In this document: positions 24,001 to 39,000 of the stretch, piece after piece
Layout of the letters: the number at the start of each line of letters is the position of its first letter
Position numbering within the stretch: the stretch's first letter is position 1
From: Phoronis australis
Lineage: Eukaryota; Animalia; Phoronida
NCBI GenBank assembly: GCA_002633005.1
Contig: NMRA01000096.1
Coordinates: 496,001-560,000, forward strand
Length of the DNA: 64,000 nt
Direction of reading: 5' to 3'
Notes under the pieces: model-generated
Told to the model about the DNA's origin: nothing
The model's input: only the letters and a program-made list of their open reading frames with translations
Databases searched by the model: none
Translations under genes and position numbers: made by a program

Positions 24001-27000
24001 AACATTTGTTTTTTTTTTAATGCCAGAGCCCTAAATATGTTGAGCAAACTTTAGGGGTTTACCATAGCAGACGGCACATACCTGGAGGCACTGGCACATA
24101 CCTGGAGGCACCAAAAGCGGTGCAGGTGAAGTAGAGCTGACGTGTGTCGAAAGGGAACAGCATAGGACACCATTTGGTGAGCTGCTCGCACCAGTCGGGC
24201 ATGGCGGCACTGGCCAGCACCAGCGGGTCCTGGATTTGCTGAATCAACTTGTTCTTGATCCTCTTGGAGTGGAACTCCTCAGCTGGCACGTTGAACAACG
24301 GAACGTCGGCGTCTGAAAGTGTACCATGATGATAACAACATGAGCAAGGTCTGATGGAAAAATGTAACCCAATTCATAGATAAACTGCAGAACATCTCAT
24401 TTTGAGGTTACGCCACACAAAACGAAAATTTCTGCTAAAATTGTGCAAAATAGTGATACCTGAAATCTTGAGACTGAAATGATCAGCTGTACAGCATTGA
24501 GTAAATCAATGAGACATGAACCTTCCAAGACCTGTTTTCGATATTTACAAGGTATCTTCAACTCATCTCAAAGCCGCTATAAACCTGTCTCACCCCGCAA
24601 AAAACCAAGTTGATCCCTCGTCAGTTGAATGAACCCATAGTATTTGTAATTACTCATCAGATCAAGGCTCAACAAGTCTGCTTGGTCTAGGTGTGATTCA
24701 TATGATGTACCAAGCACGGTCCCATGCAACATGAAACGTCAGTGCTTTTGAAACTGCAAATCAGTTGACCAGATGCAATGGCAGCTTGATGGCAGCTTTG
24801 ATAAGATTAATGTCTATGCAGTTTAGTTCAGAGCTAACTGATGTAAATATGACCCATCGTGTTCAATCAGGTGGTCTACGAGTTTACAGATGAGCAAAAG
24901 TGGAAAAGGTTCAAAGCACGGCTAGGCTTCACCGGTGATCCGTTTTCACTATTTCCACACTGACAAATATTGACTAACAGACAGTCACTTTATATTAAAA
25001 GTGCATTTAAACATGCACAGTGGAGTTACTACCTTCACGTCTGTTAGCATCGTTTTTCTCCATGGTCATTGCATAGAGGATCTGCAGTAAACGTAGGACG
25101 TCGTCCAAACTGCACACGGTCGCAGGCACGCTGGGAGAGTCGACCTCGCTCAGCAGTCGTTTGCGCGACGCTCTTTCACGCTCAATACGCTCCTCTTCAG
25201 CCAGCTTAGCACCGAATGTGTTTAGAAAATCCTGCAACGGGATGCAAACTTGTCCGTTACTGCAGTACTATTTAGACCAAAGTCGCAGCGTGGGATAGTG
25301 TAATCTTTGAGCGAAAATTGTCTCTGAAATTTATTTTAGAAACTGACATTCATACATATTTCCTACACATGCACCAAGCATTTCCTGGACATCACAACAC
25401 AAAGCTCCTTCATGTATTTGTCTCTTTTCTTCACAAACAATGTGCAGATTGCTACTATAACCTTTGCAAGAAATGAAATCCCATCATTCATCAGTACCAC
25501 CACAAGTTGAAACTTGAAAATAATTTCCTTGATGAAAGACATGGAGTTCCACTGCACACTGCAGCAGTACCAACATTTTCAGAAAACCTCTATAGCACAA
25601 TCGCATACAGTGAAATGAAAAATACAAACACAAGTTGTTAGATGTTTTAAATAAAATTACAGTTCCAAACTTGTGAGAGGTAATTAGAGACCAAATAATG
25701 TATTGTCCAAGGTCCATTCTATCTACAAATAATGAGATGAAGTTAGTACAAGACTGAAGAGGATTTTCTTACCGAGTGATCACTGTTAATAACCCATTGT
25801 AACTATCATTACATGTTTTAAGGTAAGAACAAGGTATTATAAAGGAATGACGAGAAAGAGGATATCTCAATCTCAATCTCAAGACTGCTCTAAGACATGA
25901 ATAAAGTGAGGTTAACTCTGCGATGACAATGCCAACATGTTATCGACCAATAGAAAAAACCAAGCCAGCCTGTAAATTTGAGGACCTCCGCCAACATGCT
26001 TTACGTACCAGTCCACAAACTACAAATATGAAAGGCTAAAAAAGCATAGTTGGTTCACGCTTGCATCACGACTCATTTTGAAACCCACAGCCACTACTTA
26101 AAGACAAAAATGTGCCGAACCGCACCAAAATCAGTCAAGTTCTTTTGCTCCCGAAGGCATGCGTGTGAGATTTTAAACATCACTTGTCCAATGAGGCCCA
26201 ACTATTTGTAAACGATGCACTGCCTCGCCACCCCCACATTCTACACAACTGCCGCCCCTCCAGTTTAACGGTCGACACGAGTGCTCCCCGGTCAACACGA
26301 CCATGAGAACTTGTAATCACAGTGTTGCAGCAATTAAATCAGTTTGAAACTGGTTTTGAGCTGGGTAAAAAACCTCACATCACCTTTGTTCATCTCGGGT
26401 GGGTTTTGAACATGAAGCCAACTAAAATTACCACATCACAGTAAAATAACCAAGGATCAGAACCAACTATGCTTTGGCCTAATCATCAAGTCAACCATTA
26501 CAACTCGGAACCCAACTACATGCAAAAATACACAAACTAGATTGAACCAAACCAAGTATCACAATACTTGTCCGGGTTAAATTTTCAAATTTTCACCTTT
26601 AAACACTGCTGCTCCACTAGGCACCAGCTGCCAATTTATAAGAGAGAGACTTCTGGAAAAATGCCAGGCTTGCAAAGATTCTAGCTCTCCTGTGTATTCA
26701 ACTGGTTCACATTTGGTCTTGCCGTATCCGCACACAAAAATACCCACTTTCTACCGAAGGAGATTTGAAATGGTTGTTTTGGCTATTGCACATTAGTACA
26801 ATAAATTGTGAAAGCATTTGCATGACTGAATCAAAAATAAGGGTAAATGCCCACCAAAGACATCTCAAAAAATTCTTTTCAAAAAATGTTTTTAAAACTC
26901 CAAGCTTGGCTTATCGTCCATCCCAATTTATTCAATTTCCCAACATATGCGCACTGGGTGTCAAACCAATCAAGCACGGCAGAATTTCCAAATCCCAAAA

Positions 27001-30000
27001 TGGCATAGCTGTAACCATTACGGAGAATTTACTCTCACTACACAAATGTTGTCTACTGTGAACAAAGTACACACCGACTTAATTTCGATAAACATTCCAG
27101 TTTCAAGACAGACAACATGTTTACGATTGCTTCCTTACACAGCAAATGGCTAGCAGACATCAACTGCGAAAACAATACAATCTTAGAGGGACATTAACCG
27201 TTTTACAGGAAAAAAAACATTATTGGGATTACTGTTGGATGGGATAAGACTTCTTGAAGGTATTACTTTTGACCAGAGTTATAAAATAATTAAATCCAAT
27301 GTGATTTTACTACAAATTGACAATTCTCGTCAGATATTCCGTGAAATCATAGCCGCTTTCTTTATCATTTAAATAAGTTTAAAATACTCAGGTAGTTTAT
27401 GTATATGATTTGGCTCAGTAGCAGAATGTTCGGCTGCTTCTGCACAGCAAGTAGGTTCGATTCTGTGCCACTGCAAATGTTCCTGAAACTGCTTCATTTG
27501 ACGAAAAATATCCCGTTAAAGAAAAACTACTCCATGTATAAAACTAACTTTGAACTTCGAACAGACCACCGGCGAGTTGCTTGATACACGATACAGAGCT
27601 AAGGTTGATATCATCATCGCAAAGCATTGAAAAGTTGATTTAAAGTTTACATTGGGATATCGTTAAATGTCATGAAAACAGTGATCAGTATTAAAACGCA
27701 TGTGAATCTGGCATCAGACCATTGGCTGTAACGAACCATTGGTTAGAATTATCACGAGGGATGGATGACTCCTCCTGCCATTTAACTGTGTGGGGACACC
27801 ATTTTGTGTCATGGCGATCGACAAACAGCGACACTAAGATCATTCAAGCTTTTGTGGTACACAGGATAGGGAAAACGTTTAGGGGTTGACAGGAAAGAGC
27901 TGTAGCTCATTCATAAGCTAAGCCAGACAACAGGAGGAGCCACTAATCCCCCGTGACCATGAGTTGTCAACGGGTGAACGAACAGGGGTTATCACTCACT
28001 AAAAGGCAACACATGCTAGGCAAAAACGGTGAACGTGGCATTCCCACCTAACCTTGTAAGCCACGGTCAGCTGTTCACAGTTACGGTTCTTGCGAATGTT
28101 TTTGATGTTGCCGACGAGCTTCCAACGCTGCAGGAACGTGTCGTCTGCCTTCTCTATCATGTAATCGATCAGCTCGCCTTTAGGCAGCGTGTCACAACCA
28201 AGGTTGTGAATCACAAAGGACATACTCCACCGACCCTGAATATAAAACCAAGCCTCTGCTCAATGCACAGGTTTCCTAAACAACACTAAGCTCGAGAGTT
28301 CTGGAAGAAGTCAAAAGCACCTCAAGTGAATAGCTTGCTCCCCATTTGATGCACTATGTGGGGCAATTGGAGACTTTATACTCACAAGGTGGCGCCAATG
28401 AATAGACTCCTTTTATAACATCTCAATAAAGTAAGAGCTGAAAGCAGTTCATCAGAATGACTGCAGGCATTTCTACAGCTAGGACCACACTAGCACCACC
28501 TAGTAAATTTAAAATCCCCCATTAAACAGAAAGACGGTAGTCCCACAGGGAGGCATCCACTGACACCGTGAAGGCAGCACGAATGCCCTGCTCTCACACG
28601 GTCGAATCACGTGGGTTTGTTGCCCAGCAACAGTCATCAATTAAGAGCAACCGGTGGTCCCCCCTGCATGTGACACTTACCCCAGTCAGGTCCTCTTCAC
28701 TGGTAGGGGTGCGGTCCTCATCACCTTCTTGATATTCTTTGTAGACTAGACTGGAAACAAGACATCTCAACATGTAAATGTACGTTTATACGCAAGATCT
28801 CTGCCATATTTCCTGCCCACTTTAAGGTCCTACAGGATACATGGAAAGGTATACACCATACAAGATCAATGGTATGCTACTTTAATCAATGACACATACA
28901 CGTATACCACATGTGAGGAATTCAGCCAATGATAAAGGCTCGCATATTAACTCAAGGACAAAACTTTTACAATCGATGATGTTCAGACAAAAAGAAATTT
29001 GAATTCAAGAGTTTCCAGGTTAGCAGCTTATATTGTCCTTAAATTAGAATTTTCAGGCAATCAACAAAAATAAGATGACAAAAAAGCCGTGACAAAAGCT
29101 TCCTTCAAGAGCATGTTTGAAACCAGTTATTTTTGATTGCATGTACATGCATGGTGACGGATAAAGCTAATTCCGTCTACACGGGAATGTGCTTCAAATG
29201 CCTGTACCAAACATGCTTGCTAAACAAGACGACCCACCGCAATACAAGCCAGGTAACAACACAACACCCCACTCCTTATATATACATACACGTATGTGGG
29301 CTCCCAGATTCGTTTGAGTCTCTCCGCCTTTCCACTGCCAGGACCCTGTACGAGCAGTCTCTGCACGTAGTTGAAGATGGTGGCCTGAGGGTTGTCCAGG
29401 TGAACCTCCATTTTGGTCATGCCTGGCAGGTTGGATGCCCTCAGGTAGAGCGCTAGTTTGGGCTGGGGTGCCACGCCCTCATCCTTCTCCGTGGACTCAG
29501 ATGAAGCACCTGCAACAAAGTGGATCAGAAACTGTGGTAATATAATCAACGATGATGGATAATTTTACATATTCGAATCAGCGAGTGCAACGTATACATG
29601 ACAGACACCTAAGGAATGCATTGTAACAGCGTGGTGAGATGCAACAATGAATTACTGCAAAAATGTTCTCAATAAAGCAACTGAATTGACAGTCACATAG
29701 CATCCAGTGCAAACTTTAATTAAAACACTAAAACATGAGCACAACGAATACTTTTACAAGCCAAGCAAAACTGTCTTAGTTCTAGCAAATAAAGATAGGT
29801 GCGAGCAACATAGCTTCAAAGTATCAAAACTCATTTAGAGTTTTCAATGATGTCGTAAAAAACATCATGCAGTGAACAGCTGATGCAGACAATGTCTAAA
29901 GAAAAATTTAATTTCCAGAATTTTACTGTGAAATGACATTCATCATGCTTGAACTGAGGAATTCAAAGATTGCAAAATGATACACTTCATTTCCACAATA

Positions 30001-33000
30001 TCATGATGTAGCCAACAATCAACATTGTTTTGAGAAGTGACGTGAATCAAGTTAGCACCGATAAAGCCTATGCGCCAGGTTAATTACTCACTCCACCCAC
30101 AAACCAACTAACCTGGAGGCGGGATTTCAAAGTCTTGCGTTTGGTTAACATTGGTACGACCCGGTCGAGGGTCAAAGGCTGGAATGAGCGCCGAGAACTG
30201 ACGCTTCAGCACAGTCTCGTCATCCCAGTTACGTCGACGCGACCCATTCCTCACGTCTTCCTCCTCTTCATCCTACAAGGGCAAAACAATTGAAATTCAC
30301 TTTTCAGGTTCAAACAATAGCAATTGCCAGGGACCTAGGGCCCATATCATGAAAGTCTGGTCGTAGTTACAGCAGTTGTATGCATGTAATTGCAAACGCG
30401 ACGCTGTGTTTAATGAAGAGCAAATACGTTGCAACTGATGTAAAATTGATAGTGTTGCATATTAAGACTCAATGATTGCCTTCCCAAGCCATGCTAATGA
30501 ATGAACCAATTAAAACTAAGTTTTGACTGTCTTAGCTGAAATAGATACTCTAAAATAGGAGCAATGTCAACAGTCTAGTACTAAGACAACTAAGACAAAA
30601 ACTTTTCCAAACTTCGTCTACCTGTTCACACCCATAGAAAATCTCCAAATTGCAATTATGATTCAACACGTTATTACTGCAGCAACTCCAATATAGTACA
30701 GAACAACTGTAACTAGGTCCCTGTACCTTGGCATACATACAGCCTCAAACTGACATGTACAGGTTCTGTAAGACTTTAGAAAAGTTTCCAAAATCGACTG
30801 TATTCCGAACACCATATCTCAGAAATGGCAAATCCGATTCATATGAAACTTTCAGACACTCTGCTTTAAGCATTATTCTTCAAAAGGAATCGTTTTTACA
30901 ATGTTCCACTTTTGTATGAGGGACTATCAAAACAAATCATGTGACCAAACTACTAGCAGATTCGTATAATTCAACAAATCAAATGCTACTGGCCTTGTGT
31001 TTTCAGAAAATATATAGTTTTACCAAGCTCCATGATAAAATTTTGTAGATATTTGGCTAAACGTAGACCTGTCGATATGGTCCTACATACCCTTAAAGAC
31101 GTACTTGCATGCTTCTAACTATGCTAACGTATAGCGGCAACTGGACGACAATGCTATTTGAACATCATCTACGCTAAACAAAGTCCAGTTGTATTCACTG
31201 GGAACTTGTAAATGTAAAAACAAAAAATTCTGCAAGTAGGTGATAATGACATACCTTGGGGCTCACATAACCCACATCATGCAGTGTTACTCCCCAACAC
31301 AACACAACACCACACCACGATACTTACTGGACACTGTTCAGTGATTTATGGTGTATCATTTTCAACACAACAACCTACTTCATATACACTATGTGTAGCT
31401 AACTTACTTGACCAAGCAATCACAGAGATAAGGAATTAGCTAGCAAGTTCCACTTTAACTAAACGGACAACACATACCACCACTTCTTCATAGTCATCAT
31501 CATCTTCGTTGTCATCTTCATTTTCATCGTCTACGTCATCAGGTTCTGGCAAGTCGTCTTCGTCCTCCAACTCCGCCAATAACCGTGAAGCGCGACATGG
31601 CTCAGAGAAGTCGTTGTCGCTCTCGCTGGACGTGGATGTCAGACTCGTGGCCCAGGCGTGACTCAGGCTTGTCATGTTGGTAGCCGTGGTTACAGTTGTC
31701 GAAGTACGAGAGTTGCTCGACGTCAAGTTGGGGAAGCTCTGGGCAGTGCTGAGTAAGTTATCTGAAGTTAAGAGACACACAGGATTAAATTCAACAGAAC
31801 ACTTAAGTATATGATACTTTCTAGGAAATCTTATTAGCGAGTAAAAATTATTAAGTACAAGTTCAGAGGAGTCCACTTAATGTCACATCCTGGGTTTCGA
31901 TGTAAATCATGATAATAAGTGGGATACTCAATTAAACAGGTTCAGACTTGTCGGCGATCATATCCACTTTTACAAGCTGACCATGCTAAGTGGAGAGTCT
32001 TAGAGTAAGACAGTTTAACAGGAAATGACCGAGTTTTACCCCTAGTGCTGATGTCCAAGCAGGCAAATGAATTAAAAATGAATTAAGTTGGTTATTAGAG
32101 GGAAAAGCATGCTAATAGGTGGGTTAGAATCGTCTTTTTTTCTGATTTTTTAAATGACAATATCCGGGAATATGACAATAAATCATGAAATCATGTGGAG
32201 TTTAATGGGACATTCCATGACAATAACCAGGATATTTTCTTATCCGATATGACTTCAAAGAGGCTCCACTGTAAAAGTTTCAATAGTGTGACAATTGGAA
32301 AGGTCTTTTAACAAACTGTGATGTAAACCAATTGACCAAAGCATGCAGTCAACCAGAAGAACAGTAATTTAAAGCTGCATTTTGCTCAGCTTCAGAGGCT
32401 AAAAATGAAAATCGAATTATGGCCTTTTACTCTCAATCACTCAGCCCCATAATATTCCTGCCGTGGTAGGATTTCATTTTCGTTATCAGCAAAAGCATTA
32501 AAACATCTTCAGCGACTCAAGACAATGCTCCAAAGTTCACAGGGGTTCGCCAAATTCGAGAACGGCACAAAAATGACTTGAGTTGGAAACGGAAATAGAA
32601 TCCAATTATGGTAAGGAATACTATGAAATTCATTTTTGGTTTTTCCTTTGTAGTCAGATAAATTGGGCTAAGTCGAGCTTTAGCATTTTCAACTCCAAAA
32701 GCGAGCTCCATGTGAAAACTGCATCAAACAAATGAGCTTGCACTATGAAGTTGAAAGACAGATGGATAGTCATGCAACATGGTCTGAAATGAAGCTGATA
32801 GCAGAACGAAAAGGTGCACACCAGAACAGTTCTTAAAGGTACACTGAATGCTGTACGGGAAACATGACTATTACCTTGGGACATCCCGTTTCACACAATG
32901 GCGAGTGTTGAATGTTTTGATCTAACGCTGCCATGGCAACATAAAATCAGGCCTTAAAATACGTCAAGTTAACGGTTTAAACTCGGGGATTTTTGACCCG

Positions 33001-36000
33001 CTCATGCAGCACTCAATATAACTTTAAGACGATCCATACAAGACTACAGGAAGGAAGACAACTTACTCTGGTTTGAAGCTAATGCCAAGCGAACAAGGCT
33101 ACTAGCGTTAGTGCTGCGAGCCATGTTGTTAGTGGCACCGCTGGCTTTACTGTGTCTCGCCGCGGCCGCGAAAGACTCTAGCAAACTGACAGTAGGATCG
33201 GAGCTCGCTGGGAGGTTCGGCACGCTCACGCTCATTGTTGACGTGTTCGAGTTTGACATGTCGAGCTTTCCGGATGACTTGGACGGCGGTTGACCACGCG
33301 TGTCATCAGTGGAACCGCCAAGTTTAGCACTGAGATTGGTCTTGAACTCGTGAAACACGTCCTCGTCGAAGAGATCAGGAGGAGGGTGGAAAGTGAGAAA
33401 GTCGCGAGAACATGCTTGATCGGCCAATGGAGCGCAAGCATTATCAACCAATGTCAAATCACCGTCTGTTGAGCTGGGTGCGCGGGCACGAGGATTCTCA
33501 GTGGTCGTCGCCACATTACTGTTATCGTCGGGCGAGTCAACGGTCACGTGAACCACAGAATCGGAGGAGGTGCGTGGCAGATCAGGTTCGCGACTGGCAA
33601 GATGGAGGACGGTCTCGGCAACACGTTCAGCAGCCTGGATGAAGAAAGAGAAAACAGTGCATCAAAATTCTAGAATACAAAGTGGAATTACAAAATGCGC
33701 TACAGAATTTCGTAACCTGTTTGAAAGTTTAGACAAAATCTCTTTGAAATGTAGCAGTTGGGCATTGAAGAGTGTTATTCTTTGCACAGGCGTACTGATG
33801 GACACCCAGCATTACTAAATCCCATTCGCCTCACGTCAGCATTTCCACACCCATCTTGACTGCTGAAGACCAGCGTTACACTATCAGCGTATCAATGCGA
33901 CCACAGCCAACTGGTCTACTTTAAACATTTACAGTCGCGTTGTCTACCTTCCTCTAACCGATAACGGAATTGCATTAACTAGATTTCCCTGTCAACACTA
34001 CCCAACACATACACTTTTAATCCTGGCGGTCAGATTGTCAGCTGAGGCTGCTTGCTCAGTGCTGGCTACAGTGACGGTGCTCTTGGCTTCTGACACATCA
34101 CTCAGGCTGGGGGTGGAGCTACTCTTTCGACTTGTTAGGGTCACCTGCAACATACAGCCATGTACAAGTGACAAAAACTGACACACATGTAATGCAGTCA
34201 CTGGCTAGTTATGACATGTAACACAGTCATTGGCTACTTAATACACTCGAGTAGCCATATTTAAATAGACATCATTGTTTTCACGACAACTCCCACACGC
34301 ATTTTTGTTTTTTTGTTGAATGGGACAGATTTCTTGATGTTATTTGCATTAACCAGAGCAATGAATCATCATAATTTGTTTCTCACGCCAATTCTAGCCC
34401 TTGTCCACCAGACAATAACTGAAATCAAGACTAGTGACTTTTGCCAGTTACATACGCTTAAAATACTCTGCCATCTATTGAGTGGGATTTGGGTTAGCTA
34501 GTACAATGTTAAACTGCGATGCTGACCTCAGAAATATCAATTTTCTTATTGACGATGCTCCTTTAACTTCTGTCCCACTAAATAAAACCCTGTGAGTGAC
34601 ACATAATTCTGTACTAATTGTAATGTTGTCACTGGGATACTGTTTTAGTTTTTCTTACAATTAACCACACCTTTAAGTTCAAGTGACTTTCACAGTTTTA
34701 GTCATTTTCTAATCTGAACACCCCATCACAAAATGGAAGTTTATAAAGTTCCTTTCAATATGCATGTGGCCTAATTCAGGGTATAAGAGAAATTTTGGTT
34801 TCATTTTGTTTTTCAGAAAAGGTAAATAGCACCGAATAAAAGCTCTATAATACCAAAGCTACAATCAAACATTATTTTAAGAAATTGTGGACATTCACAG
34901 AAAATAGAGACCCTTGAAAACAAAGACCACTTTGGCAATTATTTCTGTCTACATTGGTGAGATTTTATAGCACGGACAAAAGTCTTTTGAACTATAATTT
35001 TACATTTTATGTTCAGAAGGTGCTTTTACCATTTTTATACAGTTTTACGCTACACGTGTGTCATAACAAATGACACGTGTTTTCCAACATCCAGTCGTCT
35101 CCTCTTGATCATTTATATTTACTCATTCATCATCTAATCATGATAGATGTCAAACATAAACCTTTTTTCTAGGGCAAGACTTTCGTGCTCAAAACAAAAA
35201 AGGCTCGCACGGCACAGGATGTTAACATCCAAAAGTTGTTGACAAGACAGAAACACTGTCACAATCTGCTACGGATTCAAGTAAGACACCGCCCCAATCT
35301 CAAGAAAATGACACAGTACAAATCACTACTTACTTTGTGTTTATCTGTAGTGGTGGTCATTCCAACACTGGTGGTGACCGGTGTAGACACGGCCTCAGTC
35401 GGCTTATTGGACATAGACACAAGCTTGATCTTCTCGGGGTCATGAGAGGGGGCCAGGTTCAGGTCGTACTTGCCCTCTGCTCCCATTCTGTAAGAGTTGG
35501 ACCCGCCGCAGTCCCAAGTGACATCAATCCAGCCTGCAAACCACACCGTGTTGCAAAAAGCTATAGAATAGATCTATAATTTTCCCAGTTTCCCTTAACT
35601 ATGAACACTACTTACAAAATGTAGCTGTAACTCAGTCTGTTGACCGAGCCATATACATGAAGACACAAAACAAGAATTACGTGTGCAGAGAATATAACTG
35701 AAGTCTCTATTAATGCACATCAGACAAAATCCATGACAAAATTTTCTATAACAACACGCCAGCCAGACACAATATCCACGTCAACAACTCCTACCATTGT
35801 GCAGTTCTCCGGCCACGGTGCCCTCACCAGGGGGCACACCATCCTGGTCCCGCCACTTCCAGTCCATTCCTCGCATGACCCTCGCCCCCGGCACCATCTG
35901 CTTCAACACATGGGTTCTCACCAGGCGGCGCTGTTTGCGCAGGTTGGCCTCAGCCTCTTTGGCTGCTTTACCTGAGGAAGGAAGTTAGATCCATTTCCTA

Positions 36001-39000
36001 ACACAAGTCACAAGATGTATGGGAAGGTGAATCATGCAATGCTTAGTTAATAAAATTTAGCAAAAAGAATGTACATTGATAGCAAAACAACCGGATCAAT
36101 CACATGACCAAATTTCACATGATATAAATGTACAAGGAATCTCAAAAACGCTGTTGAAGTTTTCTAAACTGTCGTTTTGTTTTACTCATCTTTGAATTTT
36201 TTTTCACAAAAAGTCCTATTTTTTGATACTCCCTCATGTAAAAGTGGAACATTCTAAAACCAATTCCTAACAGCATAGTGGAGAACAATGCATAAACCAT
36301 GATAAAATCTTTCATGAGACGCCGTTCTGCCACTTCTGAGATATAATGTTCCAAAGCTGGCTAAAATTGAACATTTTTCTAGACATTCCAACAAAATCTT
36401 AAGGAAAGGTTTAAGTTACTGTGTACTCAAAAACTTAAGCAAGAACAATATTTATACAGAATACACTCTTTAACTNCTATAGAATAGATCTATAATTTTC
36501 CCAGTTTCCCTTAACTATGAACACTACTTACAAAATGTAGCTGTAACTCAGTCTGTTGACCGAGCCATATACATGAAGACACAAAACAAGAATTACGTGT
36601 GCAGAGAATATAACTGAAGTCTCTATTAATGCACATCAGACAAAATCCATGACAAAATTTTCTATAACAACACGCCAGCCAGACACAATATCCACGTCAA
36701 CAACTCCTACCATTGTGCAGTTCTCCGGCCACGGTGCCCTCGCCAGGGGGCACACCATCCTGGTCCCGCCACTTCCAGTCCATTCCTCGCATGACCCTCG
36801 CCCCCGGCACCATCTGCTTCAATACATGGGTTCTCACCAGGCGGCGCTGTTTGCGCAGGTTGGCCTCAGCCTCTTTGGCTGCTTTACCTGAGGAAAGAAG
36901 TTAGATCCATTTCCTAACACAAGTCACAAGATTTATGGGAAGGTGAAGCATGCAATGCTTAGTTAATGAAATTTAGCAAAAAAGAATGTACATTGATTGC
37001 AAAACAACAGGATCAATCACATGACCAAATTTCACATGATATAAATGTACAAGGAATCTCAAAAACGCCGTTGAAGTTTTCTAAACTGTCGTTTTGTTTA
37101 CTCATCTTTGAATTTTTTTCACAAAAAGTCCTATTTTTTGATAGTCCCTCATGTAAAAGTGGAACATTCTAAAACCAATTCCTAACAGCATAGTGGAGAA
37201 CAATGCATAAACCATGATAAAATCTGAAAGTTTTAAGCGACGCCGTTCTGCCACTTCTGAGATATAATGTTCCAAAGCTGGCCAAAATTGAACATTTTTC
37301 TAGTGGTCCAACAAAATCTTAAGGAAAGGTTTAAGTTACTGTGTAATAAAAACTTAAGCAAGAACAATACAGAATAAACTCTTAACAACTACTAGGTACA
37401 CTCGACACACAACTTAGTCTAGCAGTAGCTTCAAGCCTACATCAGTTCCTCATAACCCACTACTTCTACATAAACAACTGCATGTGTGTATAGTAACCCT
37501 AAGCAACAACTGCCTTCTAAAATTTCATTCAAACCAACACCAAATTACATAATCATTCCAAATAGAAACCCATTCCACATGGCGACGATGTAGTACCTAA
37601 GTCATCATAGACGTGCGAGACGTGGCCGTATATTTCAAAGCCAGACAGTGAGAGATAGTGAGTCTGTTGACTGGCGTTCTTGCCAGTCTGATGGATGCGG
37701 ATGTGTCGCCAGCCAATCTTGTCTTCTTTAGGCACTTCCAGGGGCCACGTGTGAGTGGAGCTGAGGGTGAATCAAATAGTGAGGATTGAGGATGAATGAA
37801 ACAGTTATAGCTGAATGAACAGACAACAATAATGAGAGCACAAGAAGAACAAAACCTAACCAATGGAAAACACACACGCACACACATTGAGACAGTACCA
37901 AAGTGTCTTTGGCTTGATTCAATTTCTAATTCTGGTGCGCAAGACGGGTCGAGTCGACAGGGACAAAATGCAATTTCTTTCGTGAACGTACATTGCGAAA
38001 TATTGGATATTTGGGTGTGTATCATTTTAATAACCCACTGCACAGCAGTGATAATTTGACGCCATGATGGTAGATAATGCTGGAAAATATCCTACTGCAT
38101 TAAATCCATACTTTACAAAATGCAGAGCAATGTGTATCAGCTACACTACACTAGCGCCATCCATTGACAAAGCGTATTTCATGTAGCTGTTATACCAGAA
38201 AATTGCCACTGGTGTCACAGAATAATTCAATGGTCTCTACTTTCAGGGGGAAGAAAAATTTAAGAGCCAGCAGGTATCAAATCGACTGCTGATCTTCAAG
38301 TTAGGGACATGCTTTAATTCACAACAAAACTTATAAAGCGCTCCAATAACATAAGAGCACCATGAACACTGCAACAGAGTACAAAGAAAATGTAAATTGC
38401 CAGTCAGTTTCCACACTGGTCTGTATATTAATTAAAATTTCTGGCAAAAATTCACAGCAAAAATAATGTCACTTGTAGTCTATGGAAAAAATTTCCCTCA
38501 CAAAATTAATCCTTTAGCTCAAAAGCAATTCTTTTGAGCTTAGACCTTGAAGTGGATTAGTTCCACAATCTACCCCAAGCTAAGATGATGGGCAGTTGAG
38601 GTAAAGTACCCACACATAGATTAATCTCATCACCTACCCTGGCTCATTCAGTGCACAGTCATTCTCATGTGACATCAACACTGTCCAGTTCTGTCCATCC
38701 TTAGACACTTCCAGCTGCCAGTTCCTGAGCGCTGACCGCCCGTAACCACGGGCGTGACGCAGCGTGTACGACGTGGGAATGATGCTAACCCCAAGGTCAA
38801 TGGCAAACCAGGCTTTCCTGTGCACAAGGTAAATAGTTAAATACTTGGTTCCCATTTTTAATAGAAGTTCTGACACAAGGCATATATCAGAGGATGACAC
38901 ATTTCAGCACCAACACGCATAGGCTTCCATAACACGCCTGCTTTTATTAGAATCATTTTGTCTATTAGAGTCATTGCTTCTAATTAGAAACATTACTGAA

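Noticed and set aside
31322-31345. Possible 6-nt microexon ag|TGTCCA|gtaagt on the minus strand
   Set aside because: No polypyrimidine tract upstream; not supportable without RNA data
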